Shown here: positions 48,490 to 62,798 of the stretch, in pieces
Layout of the letters: the number at the start of each line of letters is the position of its first letter
Numbering within the stretch: the first letter of the stretch is position 1
Assembly (NCBI GenBank): GCA_964016885.1
Contig: OZ024741.1
Span: forward strand, 314,402,001 to 314,466,000
Source: Eledone cirrhosa
Lineage: Eukaryota
Direction of reading: 5' to 3'
DNA: 64,000 nt
Made by a program: the position numbers and the translations under genes
The notes under the pieces: model-generated
Database searches by the model: none
Told to the model about the DNA's origin: nothing
Seen by the model: only the letters and a program-made list of their open reading frames with translations

Positions 48490-50600
48490 GTAATAATAAT
48501 AAATTTGAAGACTAAAATCCAAAGAGGGCTCGATAAGGATACATATATATCAAATATTTAAGAACCGTAGAGGGAATATAATTATTAAAATAACAGATTA
48601 ATGTTTAAGCAAAGAATCCCTGCTTTCACCCCTAACGGGATCTTCTGAAGTTAAACAAATCAATCTGTGAACGCAGGAGTAAATATTTCGAAAAACGTTG
48701 CAACCGACGGAAGACAGGAAGACGATACTTTGGTGCGTGGAACGTTCCCTGGCAAAGAACGGAAAAAAACGAAGAAAATACGTCATTATTTAGCGGTGAA
48801 AACAATTACACGCAAAGACAAAGCCACGTTTATGGTATAAATGAAGTCGTAGACTAATATTCTATTAGGTGGTTCGTGCAGTAATTCCCTGGCAGTGAAC
48901 GGAAAAAACGAGCGGAGGGAACAATTACACGCAGAGACAAAATCGTAGACTAAAATTCTATTTAGGAAACCGAATGATTCTCGGCTTCAGAGTTAATAAT
49001 AATAATTGTTTCTACTTTAGGCACAAAGCCAGCAATTACCCATTGCATTACTGGTATTTACTTCATCTACCCCGTAAGGATGAAAGGCAAAGTCAACCTC
49101 GGCGGGATTTGGACTCAGATCGTAAAGGGACGTAACTATGCTGGAAAGCATGGCGTCCGACCCTCTACCGATACTGCCAATCCACCGCCCTTAATAATAA
49201 TAATGAGTTAATAATAATAATGTACATAAAATACAGAGGTTATTGAAATCAACAATAATTAAATATATACATGCACGCATCCATATACGTGCATACACAT
49301 GCATACGCGAAAACACCCGTCATGGGTATGCAAATACAGGCACGTAAACAATAACTCACGCACACATACAAAAACCCACGCAACGCCTGTACCCACAGAC
49401 ATACGAACGTATACACCAAATACACATAAAACATATATAAAAATATATATATACATGTGTGTGGATGTGTGCGCGTATACATATAATTATATAAACGTAT
49501 ATAAATATACACACATAAATACGTATATAACGCGCGCGCACACACACCTACATGTAAATACTCATAAGTTCGCTAAACGTACGTCAACCAAAACACAAAG
49601 TACACATATACAGACATCCTACATACGTGCAAACCCTCATACAAACGCAAAATTCACGTATACACATAACCATATACACATGTACCTGTATATATAATAT
49701 AATATATACGCCTATAACAAATACAAGCAAATATACGTACGAGAGAGTATACGTACCTTCACAAAACATACAGGTAATATATACTTACCTATACAAATAA
49801 GTAATGGTATAAACATAAAATATACTTAGCTACCACATGAAGACGTAAATTATCCGCGTATTGTTCGTACTATCTGTTACGGTGTAAAGTGGGGCTCTAA
49901 TACAGGGAATGTTTGTGCAATTTATGTTTACAAGCCGAAATTGCCTCAGATTTTTTGTTTAAGATGTCGTCATTAGCGTAGATTATTTCCAGGGCTTCAG
50001 CGGCGCAGAGGTCACATGGTCATTTATTTCCGTTATACGATCTAGCCTTAACTAGGATCTCCCAGTGTAACATATATTAGGTGTGGTTGTCTTTTAGACT
50101 CCAGATATAAGCTGAAAGTGACGTCATATTCCTTCTTAAACGGTTAAGAAAAGAATGGGTATTCATGTAAAGACGTTGATTGAATCTATTGGCGATTAAC
50201 CCTATGTAAGCCCTACGGGATGTGGGTGTCTCAACCTTAAATTTGTAGACAATGTTAAAAGAGAGGCATTTCCCCGGATAGGAGGCAGTCAACCCGATTC
50301 CGACAATTACAGTTAGTACTAACTACAGGGTTGCACCTGTTCCTACGACTAGGTAATTTAGCTAAAATTTGAAGCAGTGATGTTATGTGCAATGTTAGGA
50401 GTCGTACAGTAAGACATTTTAATGGTATTTCTATTAAACATTTCATTATATTTCTGTGCTGGGGGGAAATGCTTCATAATAAGGGAGAGAAAGATCTTAG
50501 CTAATCGTGTGGTCACCTCCATATTATATGGTCGGATCTATTTTTCCTAGGTCTATCCTCATACTCGGTATATGCTACCTTATCGACAAATCCATTCCGA
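48490..50600 (-). mobile_element. 3' part of a PLE (family F) with a SINE inserted in its 3' UTR
   Basis: CNCRNRVDCLL, VYKFKV...AYIGL and CDLC remnants at 49950-50350. 3' UTR shared with 55895-56500 and 62790-64000. Confidence 0.85.
49001..49190 (-). mobile_element. tRNA-derived SINE inserted in (TAA)n
   Basis: Full-length reverse complement with ttaataataataat on both flanks. Confidence 0.9.
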
Positions 50601-50699
50601 GATAGATATATAGATAGATAGATACACTTGTAACAAACACACACACATATATCTTACTCTCTCTGTCCCACCCTCTTTCTCTCTTCATTTATATACACA

Positions 50700-50803
<104 letters not shown>

Positions 50804-50814
50804 CACACATATAT

Positions 50815-50997
50815 GAGTTACAATTGTTTCGCCTGCGGACAGCTCGAGACGCGATCATTGTGAGGATCTGTTTGATTCTGGACCCACAGGTTCGACGGAC
50901 AGGTCTAATAATTTCGGAGCATATTCTCTCAGAGAAACAGACAGATCCACACAATGATCGCCTTTCGAGCTGTCCGCAAGTGAAACAATTGTAACAC
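50815..50997. repeat. Fold-back with about 55-bp imperfect inverted arms ending in GAAAC-aatt-GTA
   Basis: gttacaattgtttcgcctgcggacagctcga...ggatctg versus cagatcc...tcgagctgtccgcaagtgaaacaattgtaac. Confidence 0.8.
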
Positions 50998-51039
50998 ACA
51001 ATAAATTGAGTTCAGATGCATCACTGATTTTACGTTTTC

Positions 51040-51112
<73 letters not shown>

Positions 51113-51124
51113 TCTCTCCCTCTC

Positions 51125-51187
<63 letters not shown>

Positions 51188-51222
51188 CTCCCTCTTTCTC
51201 TCTATCTCTGTCTCTCTCTCTC

Positions 51223-51258
<36 letters not shown>

Positions 51259-51259
<1 letters not shown>

Positions 51260-52108
51260 TAGCTGGTGTACCCAGCTTCGCCCTGGTAAACAGATGATAA
51301 GAGAAGACAGGTAAAAGAGCAAATGACTGTATTGGATGTTTGTCTGGTTACAGTATGAGGCGGGTCCGTGGTGTATGATACAAAAAACAGTAAAAGAATA
51401 TTGCAGATATATTAGATTCTTCGTTGTACCCTTTGTGCATAGTATATGAACAATTCTAGGTGTTCCCACCTAGAATAGTGACCTCTAGGAGATGGTTCAT
51501 CTTCTGCCTGACTGTAAAACGTGTATCATTGCATAGACGTGGTTGTTCCACGTTTCTCAAAAGTATGATGTAAGTTCCAATCTTTTATATTATATGTAGA
51601 TATAGATATAGATAATTAATATAAAAGATGTCCGTCAATGTAAAAAAAGGTCCCTATTTACTCCATTCACAACTGGATGTATGTTAGACTAACAGACAGA
51701 CACACAGACATATAAACTGCGTGGCGATTGTGGGATGCAGCACGTACACACACATACACGCAAACTTACACACACGCACACACTCACACGTTTTCATAGT
51801 TTTTAATTTCTGTGGAAAGCTGCACGCACACACACATAAACATACGCGCACGTACATACACACGCACACATGTTAATAGTTATCGCTTTGCTTCCCCTCT
51901 TATTTCCACACACATCACACACACACTTGTCTCTACGCTGATACAAATACATAGTGTTCACTTTGCCTCTCTCTCCCCTCCCACTCCCTCATTGGCATTA
52001 TGCATATTCATTTTAGTTTGGCGTCGTTGAGATGGGCGGAGTCGTTTGAAACCTATGAACCAATGATAATCGAACATTATGACACACGGAATAATGACTT
52101 TGTTGAAA

Positions 52109-52110
<2 letters not shown>
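51259..52110 (-). mobile_element. Putative non-autonomous Helitron in (TA)n
   Basis: Minus-strand end accagggcgaagctgggtacaccagCTAGt (GC hairpin, then CTAG) has the same layout as 14521. The 5' boundary is inferred only from the next (TA)n. Confidence 0.6.
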
Positions 52111-52172
<62 letters not shown>

Positions 52173-52181
<9 letters not shown>

Positions 52182-52400
52182 ATATTTTGGGAGGGTCATG
52201 TTGCAAATAAAAAACATACGCACCAGTTGCTTTCATTCCAATTTATTATAAATTAAAACATTTAAAAAAAAAAAGAATTTCTAAAAATATTAAGAACATT
52301 TTTTTTTTTTTTTATTTTTAATTTATAATAAATTGGAGTGAAACAACTGGCGCGTGTGTTTCTTATTGGCAACATGACCCTGCCAAAGTATAACAATATC
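52173..52400. repeat. About 85-bp imperfect inverted repeat next to (TA)n
   Basis: atattgttatattttgggagggtcatgttgc...ataaattaaaa versus ttttaatttat...gcaacatgaccctgccaaagtataacaatat. Confidence 0.8.
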
Positions 52401-52475
52401 GGTTTCAATACACGTTTTCACATAAAGAATCTTGCTAAACAAATTCAGAAACGAAATATATATATATATATATAT

Positions 52476-52729
52476 ATATTTATTAAAATAACAGATTAAA
52501 ATATAGCAAAGAATCGCTGCTTTCACCCTTAACGGGATCTTCTGAAACTAACAAAGTCAATCTGACTTTGTTAGTTTCAGAAGATCCCGTTAAGGGTGAA
52601 AGCAGCGATTCTTTGCTTAAACTTTAATCTGTTATTTTAATAAATATTTGCTCTACGGTTCTTATATATTTGATATATATTTATCCTTATCGAGCCCTCT
52701 TTGGATTTTAGGCTTCAAATTATTATTAT

Positions 52730-52730
<1 letters not shown>
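52476..52730. repeat. Family F PLE terminus as a palindrome (about 85-bp arms, 3-nt loop at 52560-52562)
   Basis: ...gaaactaacaaagtca-atc-tgactttgttagtttc...; flanked by (TA)n. Confidence 0.88.
52573..52623 (+). ncRNA. Hammerhead-like motif with a variant core (CAGAAGA)
   Basis: agttt CAGAAGA t-ccc-gttaa-ggg-t GAAA gca-gcgattctt-tgc TT aaact. Minus-strand copies at about 48602-48652, 55920-55970 and 62815-62865. Confidence 0.6.
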
Positions 52731-52805
<75 letters not shown>

Positions 52806-52910
52806 ATTTATGGCGTTGTTAATTTACGTTGTTTTAAAACAAGACATACAGACACATAAGCTTGTGTGTGTGTTTGTGTGTGTGTGCGTTCGTGTGTGTG
52901 TGTGTGTATA

Positions 52911-53023
<113 letters not shown>

Positions 53024-54297
53024 ATACAGATACTGTTTGCTCACTGTGACCAAGCATCGCAATTTATTTGTTGCAACTAAGTTTGTGATTGACGTACTTT
53101 ATTTTGCAAGGTACTATTTTTCCCTTGAGGTTGTGATTCCAGAGAAAGGTAAGAAATCCTTCACATTTTGCATCTTTTGTATTTTGACTTTACAGTTTGA
53201 ATTGTAGAATTGTCTATCCACTGAAAATATGACAACAGCTAACAGTGAAATATGGAACTTTTAAAAAATAAGCTTTTTCGACTGAGATCAAGTCTTTGAG
53301 AACATTCACGTCTATTTTTCAAAAATAAATCATTTGAAATAATTTGCTTTTGTTTTGGTCTTAAACTTTATGTATTCAATTCGTACGAGTAGTATTTAAG
53401 GATCTTTTAAAAAGATTCTAACATAACTTGATTTGGTCCAGTAATCTACTGATATCAAAATCAGTAGTATATTGAAAACTGGTAAAATGGGGTAGGGGGC
53501 ATTTCGTGATTTCGAAGGCCAAAAAGGGGATTTGGCCAAAATGGGTTGAGAATCTGTGATCTAAACCAACAATTAAATCTAACCAAGTTGTCTTACAGCT
53601 AACATAACTCTCCCTGTCCGTATAAATAGGTCAGTACCATTGTGTTCATTGTATTCACAACTAAATCAGGTGACTCGTAGAGATATTGTCACTGTATTAG
53701 ACTTCAACATATTAGACTCAATTATAAAGTGTTTCAATAAGTATGCATGTGACTCCTGATATTTTTTACTTGTAACGGTAAATAAAAAAAAAATAAAAAT
53801 CAGTTTTGCTTCCGTTATAGAAAATGTAATTACCTAATCAAAATATTTCTAGTCGAAACAATAAAATACTAATGTGAATTATATATTAAATTCACAACAT
53901 GTAATACTTTACAGTTGTAATACTTTACAGTTTCCAACATTATGCCTGATGTATCTGTATTCAAATAACATCAAGGCAAAGCTTGTTTTAGCCTATTAAA
54001 CACAATTACTATGTTTGTGTCAAAAAGAAATGTTTAAGATGTCCTGGTCAAATTATGAGGAAATAATTTGTCAAACGACTGCAATTAGTACATTTAATAT
54101 TATACGTAGTCATTAATATTTACCGAACAACCTAACTGGGAAAATAAGTTTTCGATTTGAAAACTCATCGCTGAAGCATACGGAGATCAATTACACAATA
54201 TACAAATATAAAAGAAAAATACAATTTTATTTACTCTAAATCTAAACATCAGACAGATTCAAATTCACCAATTGTATTGATACAAGAAAACACATAC

Positions 54298-54322
54298 CTG
54301 TAAATGACTACTGCAGACACAC
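54298..54322 (-). CDS. Possible 25-bp micro-exon of the host gene
   Basis: ttttgctgttaattttag|GTGTGTCTGCAGTAGTCATTTACAG|gtatgt; open in phase 1 (GVSAVVIY), compatible with the EGF exon upstream. Based on splice signals only. Confidence 0.3.
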
Positions 54323-54489
54323 CTAAAATTAACAGCAAAAGTATGAACACAATCATCACAATGTAAGCAGGATCTAGTTCGTGTGATTCATCTGTTCAAA
54401 GGTAAAATATATATATATATATATAAACATATATAGTTCGGAATAACAAAAAACAAAAAGCAGACAAACGCAGGAATATATATATACAT

Positions 54490-55790
54490 ACATGCACAAT
54501 AGGAACAACCATGGGCACCAAAGTAGCCCAAACATATGCAACACTCGTCTTGGGTCATCTAGAGGTAAAATTATATTCCCAGCTGCAGGAAACATTCAGT
54601 CACGACTTTGCCACCTACATTACTAACAACTGGAAATGTTACCTAGACGACTGATTCATCATCTGTAATAGAAGCCAAGGAGACCTGCAAAGATTTCATT
54701 CCTTCATAAACAGGCTTCACGAAGCAAATAATTTACCATGTATTGAAACAAAAAGAAACAAACGTTTTGGGGATATCATTATCATTAAAGAAGAGGAAAA
54801 TATAAAAACAGACCTATTTTACAAACCAACATTCACACACCAGCACTTGAATTTCCGATGAGCACACAACTCGCATATCAAAAGAAACATTCCCTTTAAT
54901 GTGTCAAAACGCATTTGCACCATAGTAACACAACCCACACTATAGGAAAAAAGATTATATGAATTAAACGAGTTCCTTAATAGACTATCCGGTGATCTTC
55001 ATCAATACCGCCATCTCCAAGGCCCAGAATATCCCAGTGACAAAACTGAGTATAACAAACCAACAAAATAAAAGGGAAAAAGCAGTTATCCCTTTTATCG
55101 TCACTTACAATCCATAGAACTTCAACATTGTGAAAGCCGCTAAACAATATCCGTCGATTCTCAAGCAGTCCTCCTAAATGAAAGCACTCATAAAAGACTC
55201 ACAAATACTATATAGTAGACGCCAAGTACCTAACTTAAAAATACTGTTTATTAAAACGAAATTTACGTCCGACAATGAAAAAATGCAAGTTAAGAAATGC
55301 GGTAACCCTCGATACGGAACATGTTAATTCGTTGAAGAGAGAGGGCAAATCTCCTTTAGAAACAATGACATTTTCAAATTTAAGCCAACCGTGAATTGCA
55401 AAATAAAAACCTTAATTTATTGTGTGACATGCCCACAATGTGAAGAATACTACATTGGAGAACGGGTCTACATGACAGGGTTCGTGTCCATATAAACAAA
55501 TTAGAGACCATTCTCTCAGAAACACATGCAGTGATCACATCGCATCGTGCGGAAAGGGAAAATTCACAATTTTCCCCTTCTTCAAGATATTATCGGACAA
55601 CGAACATTTCCGGAATTACAAAGAATTCTTGATCAGAAAGTAAGAAAATCTACTGAATACACAAAAAATGATATTCCGCCTTCCAACATTGGGATTATTT
55701 TAAAAAAATCACATATAGGTTAAACATATATATCCAAATAGAAGTGGATGACACGGACACGTTCAAACATTCGGTCATTGAAGAGGAGAA
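54490..55790 (+). mobile_element. Decayed PLE, probably Neptune-type
   Basis: GTTMGTKVAQTYATL, YLDD, TDLFYKPT, PFIVTYNP, and LIYCVTCPQCEEYYIGE (GIY-YIG with a CxxC insert). Confidence 0.85.
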
Positions 55791-55793
55791 CAA

Positions 55794-56500
<707 letters not shown>

Positions 56501-56505
56501 TATAT

Positions 56506-58030
56506 ATCATCATCATCATTTTACGTCCGCTTTTCCCTGCTTGCAAGTGTAAACGGGTGCTACTCAACACTGCATCTCTCCACTTGACACGGTCTTTCGT
56601 CATCTCCATGAACTCCAGCCATCTGAAATCTGCTTTCACCACCTCCGCCCATGTTTTCGTGGTCTTCCTCTTCTACGTTATCCTGCTACTGGGATTTCTT
56701 GGCACTTATTTACCCAGCGGTCATCCTCTATGCGTATCACATGTCCATACCTTCGCAGGCTTCTCTCCCGCAGACCACAACTTATCCCTCTTATACACAG
56801 TTTCTCTCTCACCTCCTCTATGCTTGGGCGTTCACGCACATTGACATTGCACATTCAACGGAGCATGCCTGTTTCATTTCTCTCCAGCCGTCGCATATCC
56901 TCTGTAGTTGCTGCCTATGTCTCACTACCATGCAGCATCACACATCTCACACAGCCATCATATAACTGGTCTTTCGTACGTAGGAGGAAACCCTTCTTTG
57001 TCAACAGAAGAAACAGCTCCCTAAACTTCTTCAAACAGGTCGTTATTCTAGATACTATGACCTGGGAACACCCCCCCCCCATGCTTATCTGATCATCTAG
57101 GTACCGGAAGCTATCAACCACTTCTGTAGAACCCACCTGCATTAGGAAAATGTGTCTATCACTGCAATTACTACTGTCAAACTTCCCTGTGCGTCTATTG
57201 CATACGTAGATTTCCCTACTTATTAGATTGCCTGCTATCCCACTACATCTCTTGTGGGCCTAAGATCTGCATTGTGCACATTTTATAGAATTTATGCCAG
57301 TACCTCTTCTACATATCGAACATGGACATTTCCCTAATGGAATCAGAGTTTTAACCTCTTTTCTACTGATCAACACTTTTATCTTAGCTGTGTACACTCT
57401 AAGTCCTCTTGATTCCAACTGCTGTTTCCAATGCCAGAATTTCTTGTCTAGCTCATCTACTGATTCTGCTATAAGAACCAGATCATCGAGAAGTTCCTAG
57501 GGGCAGCCAGTCTTAAACTCCTCTGTTATGGCTTGGAGGACTATAATGAACAAGATCCAGAGGAGGACCGAACACTCATGTACACTTACTTGTGCCTGGA
57601 ATTCCTCACTAAACTTCATTCCTACTTTCACTTTACTGACAGCACCTCTGTACATAGCTTGCACTGTCCCCACAAGCTATTTATCTACACCTAGTTTCCT
57701 TAGGGACCACAAGATGACAGAACGAGGTACCCTATTGAAGGCCTTCTCAAGGTCAACAAAAGCTAAATATAGTAGCTTATTCTTCTCTAAGAACCTCTCT
57801 CGTAGTTGTCTCACTAAGAAGAGATCTTCTGATGTACATTTCCCATGCACACAACCAAAGTGCATCTCATATAATTTGACCCTTTCTCTATTTGTGCTAA
57901 TATTCTCTGCCACGTTCATAACCTAAATCCATCAGCTTTATGCCCCTATAATTTCTCCTCTTCAGAGCATCAACTTTAGCTTTGTAGCAATTTATGAGAA
58001 TACTGCTGCACCAGTCTTTGGTTATGATAT
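56506..58030 (-). mobile_element. 5'-truncated RTE LINE related to 30541-33330
   Basis: AFVDLEKAFNRVPR, FRYLDD, MLHGSET; same 3' end cagggaaaagcggacgtaaaatgatgatg. Confidence 0.9.
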
Positions 58031-59325
58031 AAGTATATATATACATAATATATATTTATATATATATATATATACTTCATTTATAAATTTCGTTTCATTT
58101 TTTCCGTATATATATATATATTTTATTTCATAGAATGGATTGCTGCTGCTGTTCCCAAAGTAAACATTCGAGGCGCAGGCACAGATATAATCTTACATTA
58201 TCTAGCATACCCTAACTTTAACTGTTGTTATTACCTAGATATTAGGACAGGTTAATTCCGGCATCCTCACACTGAAATGCATAAATACATAACTATCAAA
58301 ATGCACTACGGCGTGTGAATACGGGTGTGTCTTATAACTGGTACTAACTAAATGTCGTACCTCGTATTACCATGTGTGCATGTACAGCTATCCTATGTAT
58401 CTGCATATATTCACGTGTCTATGCATAGGAGGATGTACAAACACGTGCGTACATATGTTTATATATGAATATACCCATCCATGCGTATTTTTTAAGCTAT
58501 GCGTCTACAGGCGGTCTTGCTAACGAATGGTCTTGTGGTGACAGTCTAAGATGTTACACCTCTAGCTTGCTTGGTATGGTGATATCTCAGATTGGCTTGC
58601 GTTTATATATATGATATAAGTGAATTTAAGCATGTTTAAGTCTATTATATCAACTCAATTGTTCACTATATCTTTCAACAGCTGCAATTCACACTCATAA
58701 TACTAAACTAGTACTATTCTAAATCATTAGTAATGCGATTTGTTATGCTAACGTAGTAACACCGGACACAAATTTAGCAGATCGCTTAAGGGTAAAAACA
58801 CCACCATTGGCTTAATAACAGCACTATATTTGAATTCATTAATCCCATACTGTTATAATAACAACTGCTGTTCCTATCATGGTGAAAATGATTTCAACTT
58901 CAGAGTTTCGTTTATCTCTGAGTAACAAGAATATACAATAATGAGCCTACTTTTGCAGTGGTCGTCATGCTTAGTTTAATGATTTCACATACTAGAGTGT
59001 GGTCTTTGATTAACGCATGACACATTTTTCTCTCAATCCGTCTTTTACAACATGATACAGCTGCTATACAAACATATAGCTATAAGCCTTAAAATAATAT
59101 TTTACTATATTTGCCATTTATCTCCTTCCATTTGTTCTCTTGATTCTTCCATGGATTGCTTATAATCTTGCTACGTGTGAAGAAATAATTTATTGTCACA
59201 CTTCCGAATAATTATCAATTGTAACCGATTGATTCATTGTTTAAGCGTAAATACACGTCTCTCATCTGAATAGAAACAATTGTCGTGATTACTGATGTAC
59301 ATGATTTAAAAACATTGGTTTATTG

Positions 59326-59400
<75 letters not shown>

Positions 59401-59442
59401 AAAGTGAGGTTTTTTTTACAAAATGTCCTACACGAGTGAAAC

Positions 59443-59879
<437 letters not shown>

Positions 59880-59919
59880 AATATATATATAATAGGTAAG
59901 TAGCATCAATTTGATATAC

Positions 59920-60051
59920 CTTGGCAGCTTTCACCAGTATAACCTGCAACACATCCATCTAAACATATTCCATATCGCTTGTCACAGTTAAAGTTGTTGA
60001 TACAATGGCATGCCTGATTACAAGCAACACCAAACTTTCCTAATTGGCATT
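59920..60051 (-). CDS. Internal host exon encoding one laminin-type EGF-like repeat (MEGF10/11-Draper/SREC-like or EGF-containing receptor)
   Basis: taatttcag|AA TGC CAA...TGC CAA G|gtatat; 132 bp, phase 1-1, no stops. Translation (E)[43 protein letters not shown] has 8 Cys in C..G.FG..C...C.C.....C....G.C..GC..GY.G..C spacing. Confidence 0.9.
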
Positions 60052-60373
60052 CTGAAATTATCAGTATATATGATAATATTGAAGATATAATTAATTACAT
60101 ATAAATATAAATATGGTATCAATTTTATACCTTATCAATAATGTTAAATATAAGTTTAATTTGGTGATAACCAAATGAGCCTGAATACAACTATAAAAAA
60201 ATATATAATATTAAATATTAAATAATATTAAATCTCATGTTTGGGTAAAAGCATAAAGGCAATTTTACAGTATCTTATGAACTCGTGGAAAAAAATGAAC
60301 AATATAATTAGAAACATTATTAGAAACATTATTAGTAATATTTTTATGTTTAACAACAATAATTTAATATATT

Positions 60374-60404
<31 letters not shown>

Positions 60405-60684
60405 TTATATATATATATATATATAACAATATATATATATATATATATATATAATAACATAACACACTCACTTTTGGTTGGTTACCGCTTCTCTATCTTT
60501 TATGTCTCTATAGTTAATTTATTTGGCAATCAATGTTTATCATTGATTGACCAACGGTTAAAAATACAGATATAAATATATATATAGTCTAAGAAAGTTC
60601 TTTCGTTGCACATCTGCAACATCATCAGTGGTACTATTATCATGTTCCCTCCTATTGTATTGTAATGTTTACGCGATTTTTATT

Positions 60685-60739
<55 letters not shown>

Positions 60740-60751
<12 letters not shown>

Positions 60752-62739
60752 TCTATTTATGTTGTCTCCGTCTCTGTGCATGCGTTTGCGTGTGTGTATA
60801 ATGTTTGATGTGTGTGTTCGCGTTTTGCTGATCATGGATTTTATGGTAGTTCCTGGCTTGTCTACCACTTTAATCTTTAAATGTGTCTTTCTTAGGGCCT
60901 TTCTACATTGTTTAGCTAATTTCCCCCTAGGGGTAGCATCCATGAGCATTACACTCTGGTATCTCGGTTTGTCGTACCATGGCTTTCCCTATCTAAGATA
61001 TTCCATCATTTGCTCCTCTATAATGGGCAAATTCCTTTCATGCAATTTCTATGAGGTTCTTATACTTCTCCGTGGCTTCTTTGTATATATATATCTATAT
61101 ATATATCAGGTATTGAGTTAGGAACTCAAAATAGTCTCATACAATTAAATACCTCAAAGAAATATGTTTTTCTGAGCTGTGTAATATAATTGAATATTCA
61201 AGAGAGATAAAAACAAATATAAACATACACGTGTTCGAATTGTAACGGGCCGAGTTCACTAGGGTGAAAAAAAATACTAACTATAATAATATGGTTTTCC
61301 AGACTCAATTTAAAGTAATAAATCAAGAAAAATAAGAACAAACCTATATTGGGCAACTGCCTGAAACATCCAGACAGCTTAGCTGTTTCCCAAAGACCAT
61401 AAGACAGCCGATGACCCGACGACAAGGACCACCAAGACATGTATGCGGAGCCAATATTGCTAGCAACTACAGGATTTCCTACTTTCTCTCGATGGTTATA
61501 CGCCCCATAATTAAGATGTCCCCAGATGTATGTGACAGTACAGAGGACCTCCTCAGCAGAATCAATGAGTGCAACAAAAATAAAAGCTTATCTAACTGCA
61601 TCATAGGAATTATTGATGTAGTGTCACTGTACCCATCCATTAACATTGATTTTGCTGTGGTAAAATGTGTGGAAATAATCAATGAGAGCGAGGTGGAGTT
61701 CAGCGACGTCGACACAGCTGAACTGAGCCTCCTACTTAGACTTACTTATAACACCGTGTACCTATATGACCTTAACTATTTCTGCCCCAGTAGTCCCATA
61801 AAAGGTAGGTACCCCACCATTACCTAAATGGCTATAAAAAGACTCCATTGGGAAGGTGAAATGGATGGCTCAAAGCCATACGGACACCCAAAAACAATGA
61901 TCAGGTGAGAAAATGGTCACGCATGCCACAGGGGCTAGTAAAAGGGCCATATATTTAAATTCAATGAAATGATCTACACCTAGAATGAGAGAGCAGCCAT
62001 AAGCGTCAGCATATCTGGTGGGGAAAGGAGACTCAAAGATCACCTTGACGAGAGCTCCATAGATATTGTCATGTACTCGCGTTACGTAGACGATATTAAT
62101 ATAGTAATAAGAACAGCATACCCCCACAAGAGAGTACTAATGAACGTGATTTAGAATATAGCACAATGGAAAGGATCCAATAGATAGCTAACTCCATACA
62201 CCAGAGTATAACTGTAACTGTTGACTACCCTTCCAAACACTCTAAAAATAGACTACATGTATTAGACACGGAACTCTGGATTAACACTCTAGACGAGAGG
62301 GCCCAATTCTCCTCTCACGCTATGCTAAACCAATGGCCTCCAAATACCTGATACTCAAAAACATAGCAATGTCCAGTAGTGCTAAGTTTAATATTCTGAA
62401 CGCAGACTTGGTATGAGAGATGAAGAACGTGTTCAACATGTGCGACTCAACCGAAATGGAAAGACACATACAACACTTCATCAACGGAATGCAGTTCTCT
62501 AGCTACAACCAAAGAGACAGAATCAGATTTATTACTTTAAATTGAGTCTGGAAAACCACATTGTTATAGTTAGTATTTTTTTCACCCTAGTGAACTTGGC
62601 CCCTTACAATTCGGACACGTGAATGTTTATATTTGCTTTTATCTCTCTTGAATATTCAATTATATTACACGGCTCAGAAAAACATATTTATTTGAGGTAT
62701 TTAATTGTATGAGACTATCTTGAGTTCCTAACTCAATAC

Positions 62740-62760
<21 letters not shown>
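60740..62760 (+). mobile_element. Rearranged PLE (Neptune-like RT remnant) flanked by inverted termini
   Basis: CDSTEDLL...IDVVSLYPSI and YVDD (61411-62100). About 61095-61325 is inverted at about 62525-62750. 60749-61075 is a minus-strand linker fragment (MDATPRGKLAKQCR...IKVVDKPG). Confidence 0.78.
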
Positions 62761-62789
<29 letters not shown>

Positions 62790-62798
<9 letters not shown>

